The translations under genes and the position numbers were made by a program. The notes beneath the pieces were generated by a model. It was not told the origin of the DNA. It did not search any database and saw only the letters and a program-made list of their open reading frames with translations. Below are positions 12,728 through 26,302 of a stretch of 64,000 bases of DNA, piece by piece. The stretch lies in assembly GCA_021613535.1 (NCBI GenBank), contig CP075492.1, positions 4,712,001-4,776,000 on the forward strand, written 5' to 3'. This DNA comes from Adineta vaga. Its lineage: Eukaryota > Animalia > Rotifera. Within the stretch, counting starts at the first letter, position 1, and each line of letters begins with the position of its first letter.

Positions 12728-14087
12728 GTTTCAAAAACTGTTTCGTACAAGAAACGACTCAAATCTGTTTAGATGTCAAATATCTGAAATAATTTATATA
12801 TTTCTTTCGATTTCATCATAAAATTGCAGAAATTGCATAAGTCAAAATATGTATACAGAAACTAAAAAGGTGTCTTTAATAACAGAAGAAAAGAAGAAAA
12901 AAACTACGGTTACCAACATGTGTCTCATGTACGTCGGCTAACGTGACTATGAAGTAATCTCATATCTTCTATAGGGTCAGTAGAAATATGCTATTTCAGG
13001 ACAACAGTTGTGTCTGTCTGGCCAGGATATTCTCAATTTGGATTGACTAAATTGAAACATTCAACTATTAATCATTTCGACAATCAATATCTTACTTCCT
13101 TCTTGCAACGTCTTAATTGACTATCTGTGAATTGTTCGTCTATTATTAGTAATACTCTCAGTTTATAGGACTCCTCTTACGAAAATATTTTTAAAATATG
13201 CTGAAATATTTAGATCTTCTATGATAGTGAAAATTTCATTTCTTCCGTTCTGTTTGTATTAAATTGAATTTTCAATGACTAATTTTTTCTTTCACCGTAT
13301 TTCAACAAGATATTTGTATAGCATAAAACGAAAAAGAAATCTAAAGAATCACGTGGTCTGCTTTATGACAGAACAGAGAAGAGATAAACAATATTCATAT
13401 TCCTTTTTACTTTTCTACTAGACGAAAAAACGATCATATAAATAGGATACCTTTTACTAAAATCAATAGAAATCAACATGTTAATAAACGATGATGACGT
13501 ACATTTGTCTCCTCTCGATGGTTATAATAAAGATAATCGTGTTGATATTGTAGCTGAAGAGGCATTCTCGAAACGACAAACACTCACATGTGTACGCTTC
13601 GATTTTGATACAGAATAATCCAATGATTTTTATATGTATATTGTGATCGAATCATTTTTATTATCAAATTCTGATAATACCCAATGACAACTACAAATGT
13701 GATTTGATCAAATACCTAATTTTCATCTATTATGACTTAGTTTATGATTAGAAGGTTTTCGAAGTGTGTCAGTTCGTCGACTGAGTTTTGAAAGAATAAT
13801 CAATTGTAATAAATCGAATTATTTCGAAAACCAAGTAATACGTCAAATCTTCAAGTGTTTTGTATTTATCTCCTGTGGAGTACAACTTACCAATATGTTT
13901 TTCTTTGCGTTTGTATATTCTAATGACATGTGATAAAGAAGAAAAAAACCGTGATCTTGAAATAAATACTTACCTTGAGAATGACAAAAGCATCTTTGAC
14001 GGGTTTTTTTCCAACATACGCAATGAATATAATAACCGAAGCAATACGTCTTGATTTGTATTAAATTGAAGAATTATTTAATATAAA

Positions 14088-14946
14088 ATGAATTTTGAAT
14101 CTTTACCAAATTCAATAATATTAATTCTATTTGAATATTTTTCACTTATTGAACTGTTCGATTATTTTTCTTGTCATGAATTTAAACTTCATCAATTTGT
14201 TAATTTACAATCAATAACAATATCAAATATTAAATCAAAAGAAATATTCGATGAAATAATAATTGAATGTTCTTATCTGACACATTTCACATTACTCGAA
14301 TGTGCAATTAAAATGCATGAACATGATAATGTCGGATATTTTTTTGGATAAATGAACATCAATGGTTTATTCGATGTCATTGGTATTCAATAGATAAAAA
14401 TGAGCTATTTAATTTTGTTGATGTATTTACAATACCATATGCATTTGAGAAATTTTGGGAAGATAATATTTGTCTTGTAGGAAAATCAACTGCCTTATAT
14501 GATAATGAATATTTACGATGTCCGGAAGTAAAAACATTAAATTATGGATCTTCATCTTTTACAGATCCTATTCGATCTCGTATACGTTTTAATAATCTTG
14601 AACATGTATCATCATCATTACCATTAAATGAACGATTTTATTCTATTGTTTCAAGATTTAATCGACTTCAATCACTTTTCATTTATACAGAAAAGAATAA
14701 CAATATAAATAATATTCGATTTCAATTACAACTTATACTTGATCAAGCAACTCATCTTCATTCACTTGAATTTAGTACATGGTCACGAACTGATTCTGAA
14801 GCACCATTTATAGGATTATACAGTCATTCTGTTCGTCAATTAGATTTAATCAGATTTATTTTTAATGATCAAACTTATCATTTTGATGAAAAGGAAATAA
14901 TTCAATTGAGTCGTTCATCTTTAGGTATGCAAATATGGATTCAGTG
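14088..14946 (+). pseudogene. Degenerate F-box/LRR-like gene
   Basis: The FESLPNSIILILFEYFS F-box-like start is followed by coding-like pieces (VFTIPYAFE..., LQLILDQATHLHSL) broken by stops and frame changes. Confidence 0.55.
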
Positions 14947-15422
14947 AAATTTAGACTTTCAACATTGTTTTTTAATCTTTTTAATTATTTCTATTGATTA
15001 TTAATAAACAAGATTTGTTTTAACTGAATAAAAGATGATATTACAGTCATGTTGTTCTTGAAAACACGTTGAATATATTGTCTGATTGATTTGATATTCT
15101 TACTGAGATTTCCTAAATGAAGTTTATTTCGAGGTTAATCACAATTCATTGCATTCGGTAAATCTTATTTATTAGCAAATATAAGAATAGATTTTTCTTG
15201 AAAGCTTTCATCATTTACCAATTGATGAAGCTTTTCACGTGTATCATCAATCAATTCTTGAGGGTGTGGGTGTTTTTCTCTTGTTTTTTTCCGACAAAAT
15301 GTATATATAATCAGCAGAATAAAAATGAAAATTTATTTTTAACTTCGAGGCAAAAACAAATTTCTCTTGTCTAGATTATAAAAAAAAGAAAAAACAAAGT
15401 GTTCTTTATCATGTCTCAGTCA

Positions 15423-17585
15423 TCAATTATTGGCGTTTAATCGCACTTCAATCTGTTTGACTGTAATTGGATTCATGTATTGTTTATGTTCTTCAAAGAA
15501 TGTTCGTACTCTTGGTAACATTTCTGTCCACGATGTTTTAAATTCTGAATATAATGGTTTAACAAATTTCATTCGACCAATAATTTCCAGAAATTTAAAT
15601 ATATCTTCAATAGGTTTATCATATTTCACTCGAATACATAATTGATACCAACGAAAACGAATTTCACAATTCGAATATTTCGACATTTCACAATCGATAT
15701 CCATTTGTTTAATAAAATCATAAGTTATTGTCGATTGTTTGTTTAAAAGAAGATTTAATAAATAAGCCACTTGATTAGCATTTAAAGAATTCATCTGATC
15801 ATTTGTTATTGCTATTTGTTGATCAGCTAATTGTCGACATTGTTGTTCGAGTTGAGTAGAAAAATCATGAGTTACTGGAGGCATACCAGGCGTATATAAC
15901 CATGATTGCCAATCAACAGCTGGTGCTTGAGGAAAATACGATTGAAAATATTGAATAAAATCATCAGTATTTAAGATTTTGCCACCAAATTTAATGATAT
16001 ATGCACGAAGAAATTCATCAAATTTAGATTCAGAACCGACAATATTCTGTTCTAAATGCCAGAGAAGTGCGGCACCTTTGTAATATTGAACTATAAACAA
16101 AGTAAAAACAGATATATTCTACTTTTGTTTTTTGACACTAAAGAAATCTTTTACCTGAACTATAAGCATCATCTGGATCAACATTATGTAAACGATAAAC
16201 AAGACAAGTATATGGATGATCATTTCCCCATGTTGCTACAGCTGTTTTTAATTCTTGCCATTGTTGAGCAGCATGAAATCGTCTTATTTCATTTCCATTT
16301 GTTGGACTTAAATTTCCAAGTATTTTCGCTTCGATAAACGATGTAAAACCTTCATTTAACCAGAAATGTTCCCAATTTTCATTCGTAACCAAATTTCCTA
16401 CAATAATAATTCGTCACACAATGAATCATTTTCAAAACAGAAAAAACTCACCTGTCCAAGAATGTGTCATTTCATGAGCGATTGTACTTATTAATGAACG
16501 ATCACCCGCAAGTAATGTTGGAGTCAAAAAATTCATACACGGATTTTCCATACCTCCATCTTTATCAAAAGAATAGAAAATTTAGTTTGAAAAGATTCGA
16601 TTAAGATATTTACATGGAAATGATGGTGGTAGAACAAGAAAATCGTATCTTTTCCATTGATATTTTCCAAGAAGATCTTCAGCAGCCGTAAGAAAACGTT
16701 CTGATTCTTCAAATTCATGTTGACATTGTTGGATCATACTTGGTTCAGTCCAAACACGAATACGTGAACTTAAATCATGGGAAACTAAATGTCCAACAGC
16801 AATTGCAATTAAATACGATGCAATCGGTTGTTTTTGTTCAAAATAAAATGTATTTGTTGTTTCATCATGTTTCGTTTGTAAACCACTCATTAACTAAATA
16901 AATATTCAAATGAAAAATAGTCTCGTTTTTTTGCTCTCGTTTTATACATACGACAGTCAATGGTTTTGGACAAGTCACTTTCGCTGAATATGTACTTTTA
17001 ACACCCGGCGTATCTTGACATGGATATAATGATCGTGCATGAATAGCTTGACATTGACTAAACATATATGGATATTGTTTGTCAGCTGTTTGTTCTTTTG
17101 TTAACCATTGCAGAGCCATACATTTTGTACTTGATGTTGAATATAAAATAACAATTGAGAGAAGTGAATCTTGAGGAATATCATTCATTTCAATAATTAA
17201 GGATTCACGTTCGAGATCAACTTTAAATGGAAGAATTTTTTCATTGGTTTCCGATTTTAATAGAACTTTTTTGATATCTAAATGTCGAGAATCGAGCACA
17301 AGTAGATTGCCATGATTATTAGGTATTTCATGATTTTCTGTTATTATTGTTGATGAACGATCACATGATTGATTATCCAATAATTGAACATCAAGTCGAA
17401 CAAAACCATCGAGAATATGTGAATCAAAATTGACTGTTAAATCAAAATGAGTATGAACTATTCGATATCGATTGAAACTTGAAAGAGAATTTGGATCATA
17501 AAAAAGGCGAGCACGTTCGTTCTAAAAGAAAATAAGATTGTTATTAAATAAGAAATTCAATCGAAAATTGTATTACTTCAGTCAT
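15423..17585 (-). CDS. LTA4H: Leukotriene A4 hydrolase / M1 aminopeptidase, multi-exon
   Basis: [56 protein letters not shown] (HEXXH-x18-E) and [10 protein letters not shown]. Confidence 0.93.
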
Positions 17586-17680
17586 TGAAGATTTAAATTA
17601 ATCGTTATCTGAAACATAAACAAAACATTTTAGTAGATTATAATACAAAGAGAATGAAAAGAAAACTATTTCTTTATCAT

Positions 17681-18783
17681 TCATTTTTTTCTTGAGAATA
17701 TTTTCTTCCAATTATATTCTTCATAAGAACTATCAGGACTTTTTAATAATCCAAGTTGTTCACATGCATCACATACAGCCATAAATGTAATTAAATCCGG
17801 TCGAAATGCCAATGGTCCTAATGAATTCCTATCGTTTTCTTTCATTTGTTCGAATAAATCTAAAACTTTGAATGGAATATGATTAATTAAATACGCTTTC
17901 ATTAGCGAATTATATGTGCTTGTTTCACAGAGAGTCATTTCTTGAAAAATCTTTTCTGCTGAACTAATTTCATAAATTTTTCCATAAAAATCAATTAATG
18001 CATTTTGTAAATGAACATGTTGAATATCTAATGTCGATAATAATTCTTTATGAAGAATTTTACCACGTTGTTTATCACGTAGAATCGTACAAGCTAAATG
18101 AATGATGAAATTTATAGAAGAAGATTCTAGATTATAGTTCAAACCATTGAGAAGAAAAATGTAAGTCACATTATCAGGTGAAAGTTTTGATCCGATTTTG
18201 TCAATACATGAAAAACATTGTTCAGGTTTATGATTTCGAAGATAACCTTTCTAACAGAGAAAAGTTTGTATTTATCTTGTGAAATCAAAACGGAAAGTTG
18301 TGTCTAACCAACATTGAATTGTAAACAATGATATCACATTCAGGTAGATGACGAATTCGTTCGAAAATTCTTTCCGCTAGAAAATAAAAGATTTGTAGAA
18401 TGTCGAGGATGTGATTTACCTTGATCGATCATTTGAAATTTCATGTACATATTGATTAAAGATGTTTGAAGGCGAAGATGATTTTTCCATGAATGAGATT
18501 GATCAATGAATTTTTCAATTTGACGAGCACGTTCAATCTGACCGGAGCGAGTGCATGTATCAAGAATAATTAATAGAGATTTAACTGTAACTTTATTTTG
18601 TTTGACTAGATTATCAAAAAAACGGAATGCACATTCGTGATCATCACGAGAATTTAATGTTTTTAACAATTCATTGGATGAATTTTGAGATGGCCAAGCT
18701 CGTTTGATAGAATAGTTTGATATGAAAAATGGAGAATAAATCAGTCGTAAAATTCCTGAACTAGTTTTTGTAAAACTAATCAT
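17681..18783 (-). CDS. Pentatricopeptide repeat (PPR) protein, probably mitochondrial, 3 exons
   Basis: PPR-like 35-aa motifs: LQTSLINMYMK, NALIDFYGK...AEKIFQEM, TYNSLMKAY, PDLITFMAVCDAC. Confidence 0.8.
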
Positions 18784-19154
18784 TTTCTTTTACTTCCGTT
18801 TTTAAATAAATATTTAATCTTATACGTGTAAATAATTTAAAAGAGAAATTTGAATGGTTAAGACGATCTACCATAGAGATTAGATTGTTAAAAGAGGTCA
18901 GTATTTCTCATATGTATACTATTGTTTTTGAATAATAACTTCAAATTCTTAGGTGCGAGTTTGATTAGAATCTAAGCACAAAGCGTTGATTTACGTGATA
19001 TACAAGGACGAAACTTCATCGAAATTGTTATCAGCGAAAGAATTGGTTTTTTCCATACATAGCCACAAACTTTTGATAAGAAGTTTCATTTGAATCTTTT
19101 TTTTTCTTTTTTTTGTTGACATGCATATTTTGACGATAATAACAAAGTATACTA

Positions 19155-20518
19155 ATGTGTTGTAATTGTCCACGCTTTTATAAAACTCGTACTACAATCT
19201 TAGCTTTTCTATCCTTGTGTGAAGCACTATGTCTTAGTTTTCGAATATTCACTTTCGTCTCTCCGGCGATTTCAAAAAATGAAACATTTGCTTTGGAAAA
19301 TATCGCAAATCTAACTGATCCGATTGCTATTGCATTTATGTTGGATTGGACTAGTTCAATTATGGCTACTCTAATGGGAATTATGATCGTACTTTTCATT
19401 GCGTTAATTCAATGTTTTTGTTGTTTGGCATGTATTTATGCAATCTGTAGAACAGGTTCAAGAAAAAATCGAAAAGGTTGTTGTGAATCGTTCGGTGGTT
19501 TCAAAGCACTACATCGATTTATTTCCTTTGATTGTAATTGTCCATGTTATCGTGCACGACCAAAACTTCGATTTCGTTTACGAGCTGTTTTTCTCTTTCT
19601 ATGCATGTTATTGCGAGGTGCAGCGATTTATTTGTATTGGTCAGTCTCAAGTAAGTTTCACTCGTTTTTATAACCTATAAAATTTCGTTAACTTGAATAC
19701 CCTTGATTTTTCTAGAAATTGATGCGCGCGGTAAATCAAATTTTTATACATGTTCGGTTTCATTGATATTTATTTTTACAACATTTCTACTCGATTTATA
19801 TCACTATGGAGTTTGGTGGTGTTATACTCCATCCGTAGATACTCGATGTCACTGTCGATCATCGAAACATAAACGTTATTTGCCCTATCATATAGTTGGC
19901 GACGAAAATCGTAAAGATGTGACGGGTGATCGTGAATGTATTAGTAAAGACTGTCGAAATCGACATTTAAGTCATGTGCTTGTTTTTCATGGGAAAAGTT
20001 ATAGGCCACAACCTCGTTGGTCAAAAATTAAAGCACGAGATCGTCATGCAACATACATTGGTTTTCATACGACAACTCCTGTTGCGGCTGTTTCAATTGT
20101 TCACTCTGAATTTCGTCCAAGTGAGGAAGGTATGCTTGGTGTAGGTGTTTACTTTGCTCGATCAATCGAAAGTACACATGGGAAAGCACAGGCTGGACGA
20201 GCTGGTGGTGCTTGTATCATAGCTGTAATTCAAATGGGAAGAGTATTCGAATTTAACAAAGAAACAATCTATCCGCCGACAAAAAATGCGCCCGTTGACA
20301 GATATTTGTTTAATTATGTTCGAAAAACAGAATGGACAGAGGAGTACGACACATGTTATATGAATCATCCCGATGAGAGTAAAGATGAATTTTGTATTAA
20401 AAATCCTAAAAAACAAATTCTCAAATGGATTGTATTAATTGATGAAGAGCATGATACAAAAGTGAAAAAATATGGTCTCGATACTGAATTTGATTCAACT
20501 ATATGTCAGTGCGTTTGA
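19155..20518 (+). CDS. Multipass membrane protein with C-terminal Gig2/PARP-like ADP-ribosyltransferase domain (~432 aa)
   Basis: Intron 19651-19715 joins the ORFs in frame. About 4 hydrophobic segments and Cys-rich loops precede GFHTT...FRPSEEGMLGVGVYFARS...DEFCI (H-Y-E). Confidence 0.75.
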
Positions 20519-20648
20519 ACATGACATATACTTTTATATTAGAAACAAACAGTATAGTCTATGGATAAAATTTTTCTTGTTTTTAACTGCATCTTGTATA
20601 TGTCTATAAAGATGATTACTGTAATCAGCTTATTGTTTTGAGATAAAT

Positions 20649-21724
20649 TTAGGTTAACTTAATTGTTGATACATTCTGTTGACTAGAATCATCACATGTT
20701 TGATTTTGAATAATGATTGGTTCAATTCTTCGATGTGATCGATTTGCTGATCGACAACATTTTCTTCTCACTAGATGTTTGATTTGTCGACGAAAACGTG
20801 TTGATGACAAGACGAACACGTAAAAACTGATCTAAACGACAAAATCATTCTCTTTCACAACTAAAAACATTCTCATACCACACAATTTCCATATGACAAT
20901 GCACCAGTAATCGATCCAATCATATAATTAATTGCAAATGACATGGAATGATTGGTGGGAAATGATTTATTGACTGAATAGATTCGAAAAATAGTGTAAG
21001 GTAAACTTAAACAAATAGCAACAATGACACGACTAAATGTCATTGCTGTTAATTGATGATCGATTTGTCGTCGATAAATTGGAATTTGTCGACGAACAAG
21101 ATGACGAACATTATAAAAAGCAAATAGACTGAAAGCAACTGAAATCGTTATGGGAAGAAGACCAATTAATACTGGATAATAAAAAAAGATATAATAATTT
21201 GCAATAATCGATTCGTAAATAACACAAGCTAACAATGGTAAACGAATTTCGAAGAATACTAATGAAATAATCACATGTACGATCATCAGAGAGAGACTAC
21301 CAATGATCAATTTTCGAAAAAATATTTTTGTATTTAATCGTCGAATTTGATATGAATGATGTGTCGAAAGGAATTGATCAAAAGCAGCAAAACAAATCAA
21401 GGAAATAAATATGAAATGAAATGCTTGTATGGCTGTTGTTTTGATTTTACACCAGATGATAGAATTCGTTATTGCATTGATATTAAATTCATATTGAAGA
21501 ATATAGGAAATCAATTCGATAGACATTCGACAAAGATTTATAATGGATTCAAGGAAAAATATATATCCACATGATTTCGTTCGTAATGAACGTAATGTTG
21601 AAAAAAGAATGAGATTTAAACAATGACCAAAAAGTCCACTAATTAAATATAGAATACTGATATAGAGGACAAAAGTATCTGTATTAAATAGAATTCTTTC
21701 TGCTACTGTTGATGAAGACATCAT
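20649..21724 (-). CDS. Rhodopsin-like GPCR (paralog 1)
   Basis: 7 TM segments, WCKIK, FDQF and RRQIDHQLTAM. An intron in TM7 (~20832-20878) leads to ISFYVFVLSSTRFRRQ. Confidence 0.88.
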
Positions 21725-22186
21725 ATGTCGACTGAAAATGTAATGAGAAAAATTAATCTTCATATTCTCTTTAACGTTAATGCACCAATGAGATAGAGAA
21801 ATGAAGGTATTCAAAAGATTTTAATTTAGTTCCGCGCGTTTTTCAATTTCCTTTTTTTTGATTTCAACGGATAATAAATAAAAAGGAAGTCAAAGCATGA
21901 TTATAAAAAAAATGCAAATTTTCAAGCTTTTGAGTAGAATGATTTAGCAAAAAACAGATTTGGCCTTATCATCACTTACTTTTCTATTTAAAACTAAGAT
22001 AAAATTTTATTTGCCTGGTCATTTAACAGCAATAGCATAGTTCCCGTTCTATAAATGACGTTCTTTTTCTCTTATCTGATAAAAAAAATACTGACATAAC
22101 AAAAAAACAACCTCAATTATAAAAAGCACGATTGAATTCAGTTTTTCTTCAGTAGTTCTCCTTTCAACAAGTGTACGATATCAACA

Positions 22187-23427
22187 ATGAAAGCTTTCAT
22201 TGCCCTCTGTCTTTTCTTTGTTTGCGTTTATTCAGCACCAACATTCAATAATTTATTGGATGAACCATGGGCTTTATTCAAACGTACCTATGAAAAACAA
22301 TATGCAGCTGTCGATGAAGAAATCAATCGGTATACATAACAATAATAAACTCTTATTAATGTAAATAAATTTTTGATTTGTTTTGTTTTTCGTAGTCGAT
22401 CCATCTGGGAAGCTAACCTTGCTATGATTCGTAGTCATAATCTTGAAGCCGATATTGGTGTTCATACTTATACATTAAAAATGAATCACCTTGGTGATAT
22501 GGTATATTGATATATACTTGATTTAGTGAGAAAAATATATGTGTTTTTGTTATAGACAAATGAAGAAATCAACAACAAAATGAATGGTCTTGATATGAGT
22601 TTAAAAAACAAACTCAATGTTGATCGTCATACCTTCAGAGCTCCAGCTAATGTTGTCGTTCCTGATGCTGTTGGTAAGAATGAATGATGAATGAATACAC
22701 ATAAATTGTCTTTGTATGTTTGAATAGATTGGCGAACAAAAGGATACGTTACACCAGTTAAAGATCAAGCTCAATGTGGTTCATGCTGGGCTTTTTCAGC
22801 CACTGGTTCACTCGAAGGTCAACATTTCGCTAAAACTCAACAACTTGTTTCACTTTCCGAACAAAACTTAGTCGACTGTTCCGGCACACAAGGTAACATG
22901 GGATGCCGTGGTGGTTTAATGGATTATGCTTTTCAATATATCAAAGTTAACAATGGTATTGATACTGAAAGCACCTATCCATATGAAGCTCGTGATGATA
23001 CATGCCGATTCAACGTTAAAAATGTTGGTGCTACTGATACTGTAAGTGATCATTTTATTCGTTGAATTGTAGGAAAAGTTTTTCTATCATCCTGATTCTC
23101 TAGGGTTTCGTTGATGTTACAACACGTGATGAAAATGCTTTACAAACAGCCATTGCTACAGTTGGTCCAATCTCTGTTGCTATTGATGCTTCACAAAGTT
23201 CATTCCACTTCTATCACTCCGGTGTCTATAATGAACCCGCTTGCTCATCATATCAACTTGATCACGGTGTTTTAGCTGTTGGTTATGACAGTCAAGATGG
23301 AAAAGATTATTATATTGTCAAAAATTCATGGGGCACATCATGGGGTAGCAATGGTTACATCTGGATGAGTCGAAACAAAAACAACCAATGTGGTATTGCT
23401 ACAATGGCTAGTTATCCACTTGTTTAA
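22187..23427 (+). CDS. CTSL: Cathepsin L (papain family C1A), 5 exons; missed by the ORF track
   Basis: Signal peptide [17 protein letters not shown]29 propeptide, [40 protein letters not shown] and [12 protein letters not shown]. Confidence 0.95.
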
Positions 23428-23548
23428 ATTATATATCAATTCGTATTTATTTCTTTTTATAATGAAATTTCTTTTCATTCAATTAATAAAAAAATTAACA
23501 TATTAGAATTTAATCTTCGCTCTTGTTATAATACTTAATCATTTGTCA

Positions 23549-24620
23549 TCATATTGATTCAATGGCTGAAATAAGTTCTCGTTGAAGTATAGGAGTAGGA
23601 GCGATTTGATTTTTGTTCATACAACAATACGATTTCAATGAACTCCAGCATTGTTTTATAAAGAAATGTTTTACTTGACGACGAAAACGTGTCGATATTA
23701 TCAAAAATACATAGAAAGTTATCTAAACAAGAAAACAGAACCATCTCATTAATAATCCGTCTATTTCTTACCGCAAAATTTGCATTTAGAAGAAAAGCTG
23801 CTATCCGTGTACATAGATAACTAATCGCTAATTGCATTGAATCTTGTTCGTTTAAATCTGCATTTAATTGATATAATGAAACAAATAGAAAGGGTATACC
23901 AAGAACCAACAAACAACTAACACGCGCTAAAACCATGGCTGTCAATTGTCGATCTAATCGTCGTCGAATGATGGAAATTTGTCGACGAATAATTTGATAA
24001 ACATTTCGATAAGCTAATAAACTCATTGAAACTATAATTATCAATGGAAGAATACCATTTAAAATTGGATAAAAGATGAAAGAATAATATTTTTTAAGAA
24101 TAGGTTGATATATACTGCATCCTGCTGATGTACGAACTTCATAAAAAGCAATACAAAGTATTCCATGTAACATACCAGCACACAGATTGAAAATCGTCAG
24201 ACGATGTGCTAATTTCAATGTACTTTTCTGCCGAAAACCATATCGATGATGTGTACTAAGATATTGATCAATCGTCATACAACTTATCGTAAATAATGCA
24301 CAGAGGCTACATATTTGTGCAATCGCTGATCGAATTTTACACCAAAGTATCGACTCTTTCATTGGATCATAATCTAATGCAATAGCAGGCGAATGATAAA
24401 CATGTATAATAATAAGATAACCTAGATTTGTACATGATTCAACAATCAAATAAAAGCTACATTGATTTTTTCGAAAGATTCGTACATTTGTAAGTATAAT
24501 AATAATCAAAACATTGCCAAAAACTCCAACGATTAGATTAAATAAACCGGTATGAAAAGCAATTTGATTTGCAATTAATCGAGTATAATTTGCTGCTGAC
24601 ATTGAAAACTTTATTGACAT
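23549..24620 (-). CDS. Rhodopsin-like GPCR (paralog 2)
   Basis: GN in TM1, WCKIRS, IDQYLST and RRRLDRQLTAMVL. An intron in TM7 leads to ITFYVFLIISTRFRRQVK. Confidence 0.88.
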
Positions 24621-24931
24621 AATGAAAGTATTTTCTAGTGAGAAAATGTTTACAAAAGAATACTGTCACCAGTTGATGATTTAAAGTATACTTCGTTCTT
24701 GACATCTATGATTATAGTTTTTAATTAGACCAAAAATGAGAGGAATGCAATTGATTCCGTAATCACGAGGCTATATCATATTCAACCATTTAATATTAGA
24801 ATCTTGATAGGAAACAAAAGAAGCACGTATATAATTAAATAGAAATCTTATTTTGGAAAATTGCTTTAACTATACATATGCACGTTTGATTGATGGTAGA
24901 ACATTTTTTGAATTTTCATTGAGAATTCAAT

Positions 24932-25151
24932 ATGTATCAATTATGCTATCTCGCTCTTCTATATACAGTATTGGCAAGTTTATGAGAAAGATGTCTTGAA
25001 ATCTAACTATAGTATACACTTCATTTTAGTTATAGACAATACAATCGCAATTCAATGCTATTCTTGTTATGAAACTTCGAATTGTAATGATCCATTTAAT
25101 AAGACTAAGAATGCTTTACAGACAATGAAGTCAACAAATGGTTGATGTTGG
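24932..25151 (+). pseudogene. Ly6/uPAR (quiver/sleepless-like) three-finger protein remnant
   Basis: Signal exon MYQLCYLALLYTVLA, a GT-AG intron, then exon IDNTIAIQCYSCYETSNCNDPF...STNG*CW ending at a GTAAG donor. In-frame TGA at 25143-25145. Confidence 0.6.
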
Positions 25152-25297
25152 GTAAGCGCTTTTTTCTTTATTGAACATAGAATGATCTGTGTTGCTCTTT
25201 TACGAATAATAACGTCATGGGAATGAAAGCAATTAGTTTGATCTTTTATTTCATCCTTTTTCTTGTTTTCATTTCATAGCGACTTGTTTCATTTTAT

Positions 25298-26302
25298 TCA
25301 CAAGTTTTCCTCTAGATCAGTAACAACATTTGCTTGCGGTACAATTTGATTTCTATTCGGATGTAATCCTCGACATTTTCGAGTAAGAAAAACTTTGACT
25401 TGTCGACGAAATCGTGATGATATAGTTAGAAATATATAAAAATTAATCGAATAATTCATGTAAAACAATGATAAAGTAATTGCTTCACATAATCGACTGA
25501 TTGCTAAACTGATTTGATCATTTTCATGAATAACTATATTAAGTTCACATAATGAATAGATCATATATGGTAGACCCAAGGTAATTAAACAGATCGAACG
25601 TATTAAAACCATGGCCGTTAATTGTCGATCTAATCGACGACGAAACAATGGAATTTGTCGACGAACAAGACGACGAACATTACGAAAAGCCAAGAAACTA
25701 AATGAACTAATCAGAAGAATCGGTACTCCACTTGCAAAGATCGGATAATAAAAAACTGAATAATATCTATTTAAAATCGAATTATAAACATGACATCCCA
25801 CAGATGAATCAATTCGTGTAAAAAATAATAATGGAATATTATGAAAGATGCCAAAGAGAATCGTTATAGAAACTAATTGATGTGCTAATTTCAATGTACT
25901 CATTTGTCGAAGTGAATATCGATGATTCGTTGATAAGTATTGATCAAATGCAGCGAAACAAACTGTTGCAAGTGATATTAAACAAAATACTTGAGTTAAC
26001 CACGATCGAATTCTACACCAAACATCGGACAAATGTACGGGATCAATGTGTAGAATATAAGTTAATATACGTGAACTGAATATCACTGAAAGTAAACCAA
26101 GATTAGCAATACATTCGGTAATTAAATAAAATGCACATCGATTTCTGCGAAATAGTCGAAGACCAGTAAGAATAAGTATGATACAAATATTACTAAATAA
26201 TCCACTAAACATAATAATTACACTGATGTAGAATTCATATTGTTGGGAAAATTTGAATATTTGTTCTGCAATGATTGTTGATGAAGATGAAAGGCTCTTC
26301 AT
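25298..26302 (-). CDS. Rhodopsin-like GPCR (paralog 3), intronless
   Basis: Complete 7TM ORF with WCRIRS, FDQYLST, RRRLDRQLTAMVL and NYSINFYIF...SRFRRQVK. Confidence 0.9.
   Translation of the reverse strand: MKSLSSSSTIIAEQIFKFSQQYEFYISVIIMFSGLFSNICIILILTGLRLFRRNRCAFYLITECIANLGLLSVIFSSRILTYILHIDPVHLSDVWCRIRSWLTQVFCLISLATVCFAAFDQYLSTNHRYSLRQMSTLKLAHQLVSITILFGIFHNIPLLFFTRIDSSVGCHVYNSILNRYYSVFYYPIFASGVPILLISSFSFLAFRNVRRLVRRQIPLFRRRLDRQLTAMVLIRSICLITLGLPYMIYSLCELNIVIHENDQISLAISRLCEAITLSLFYMNYSINFYIFLTISSRFRRQVKVFLTRKCRGLHPNRNQIVPQANVVTDLEENL

Noticed and set aside
13478-13620. GYNKDNRVDIV, resembling an FG-GAP/VCBS repeat
   Set aside because: A single short degenerate match with no gene context.
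22274-22465. Minus-strand 63-aa ORF
   Set aside because: Antisense shadow of cathepsin L exons.
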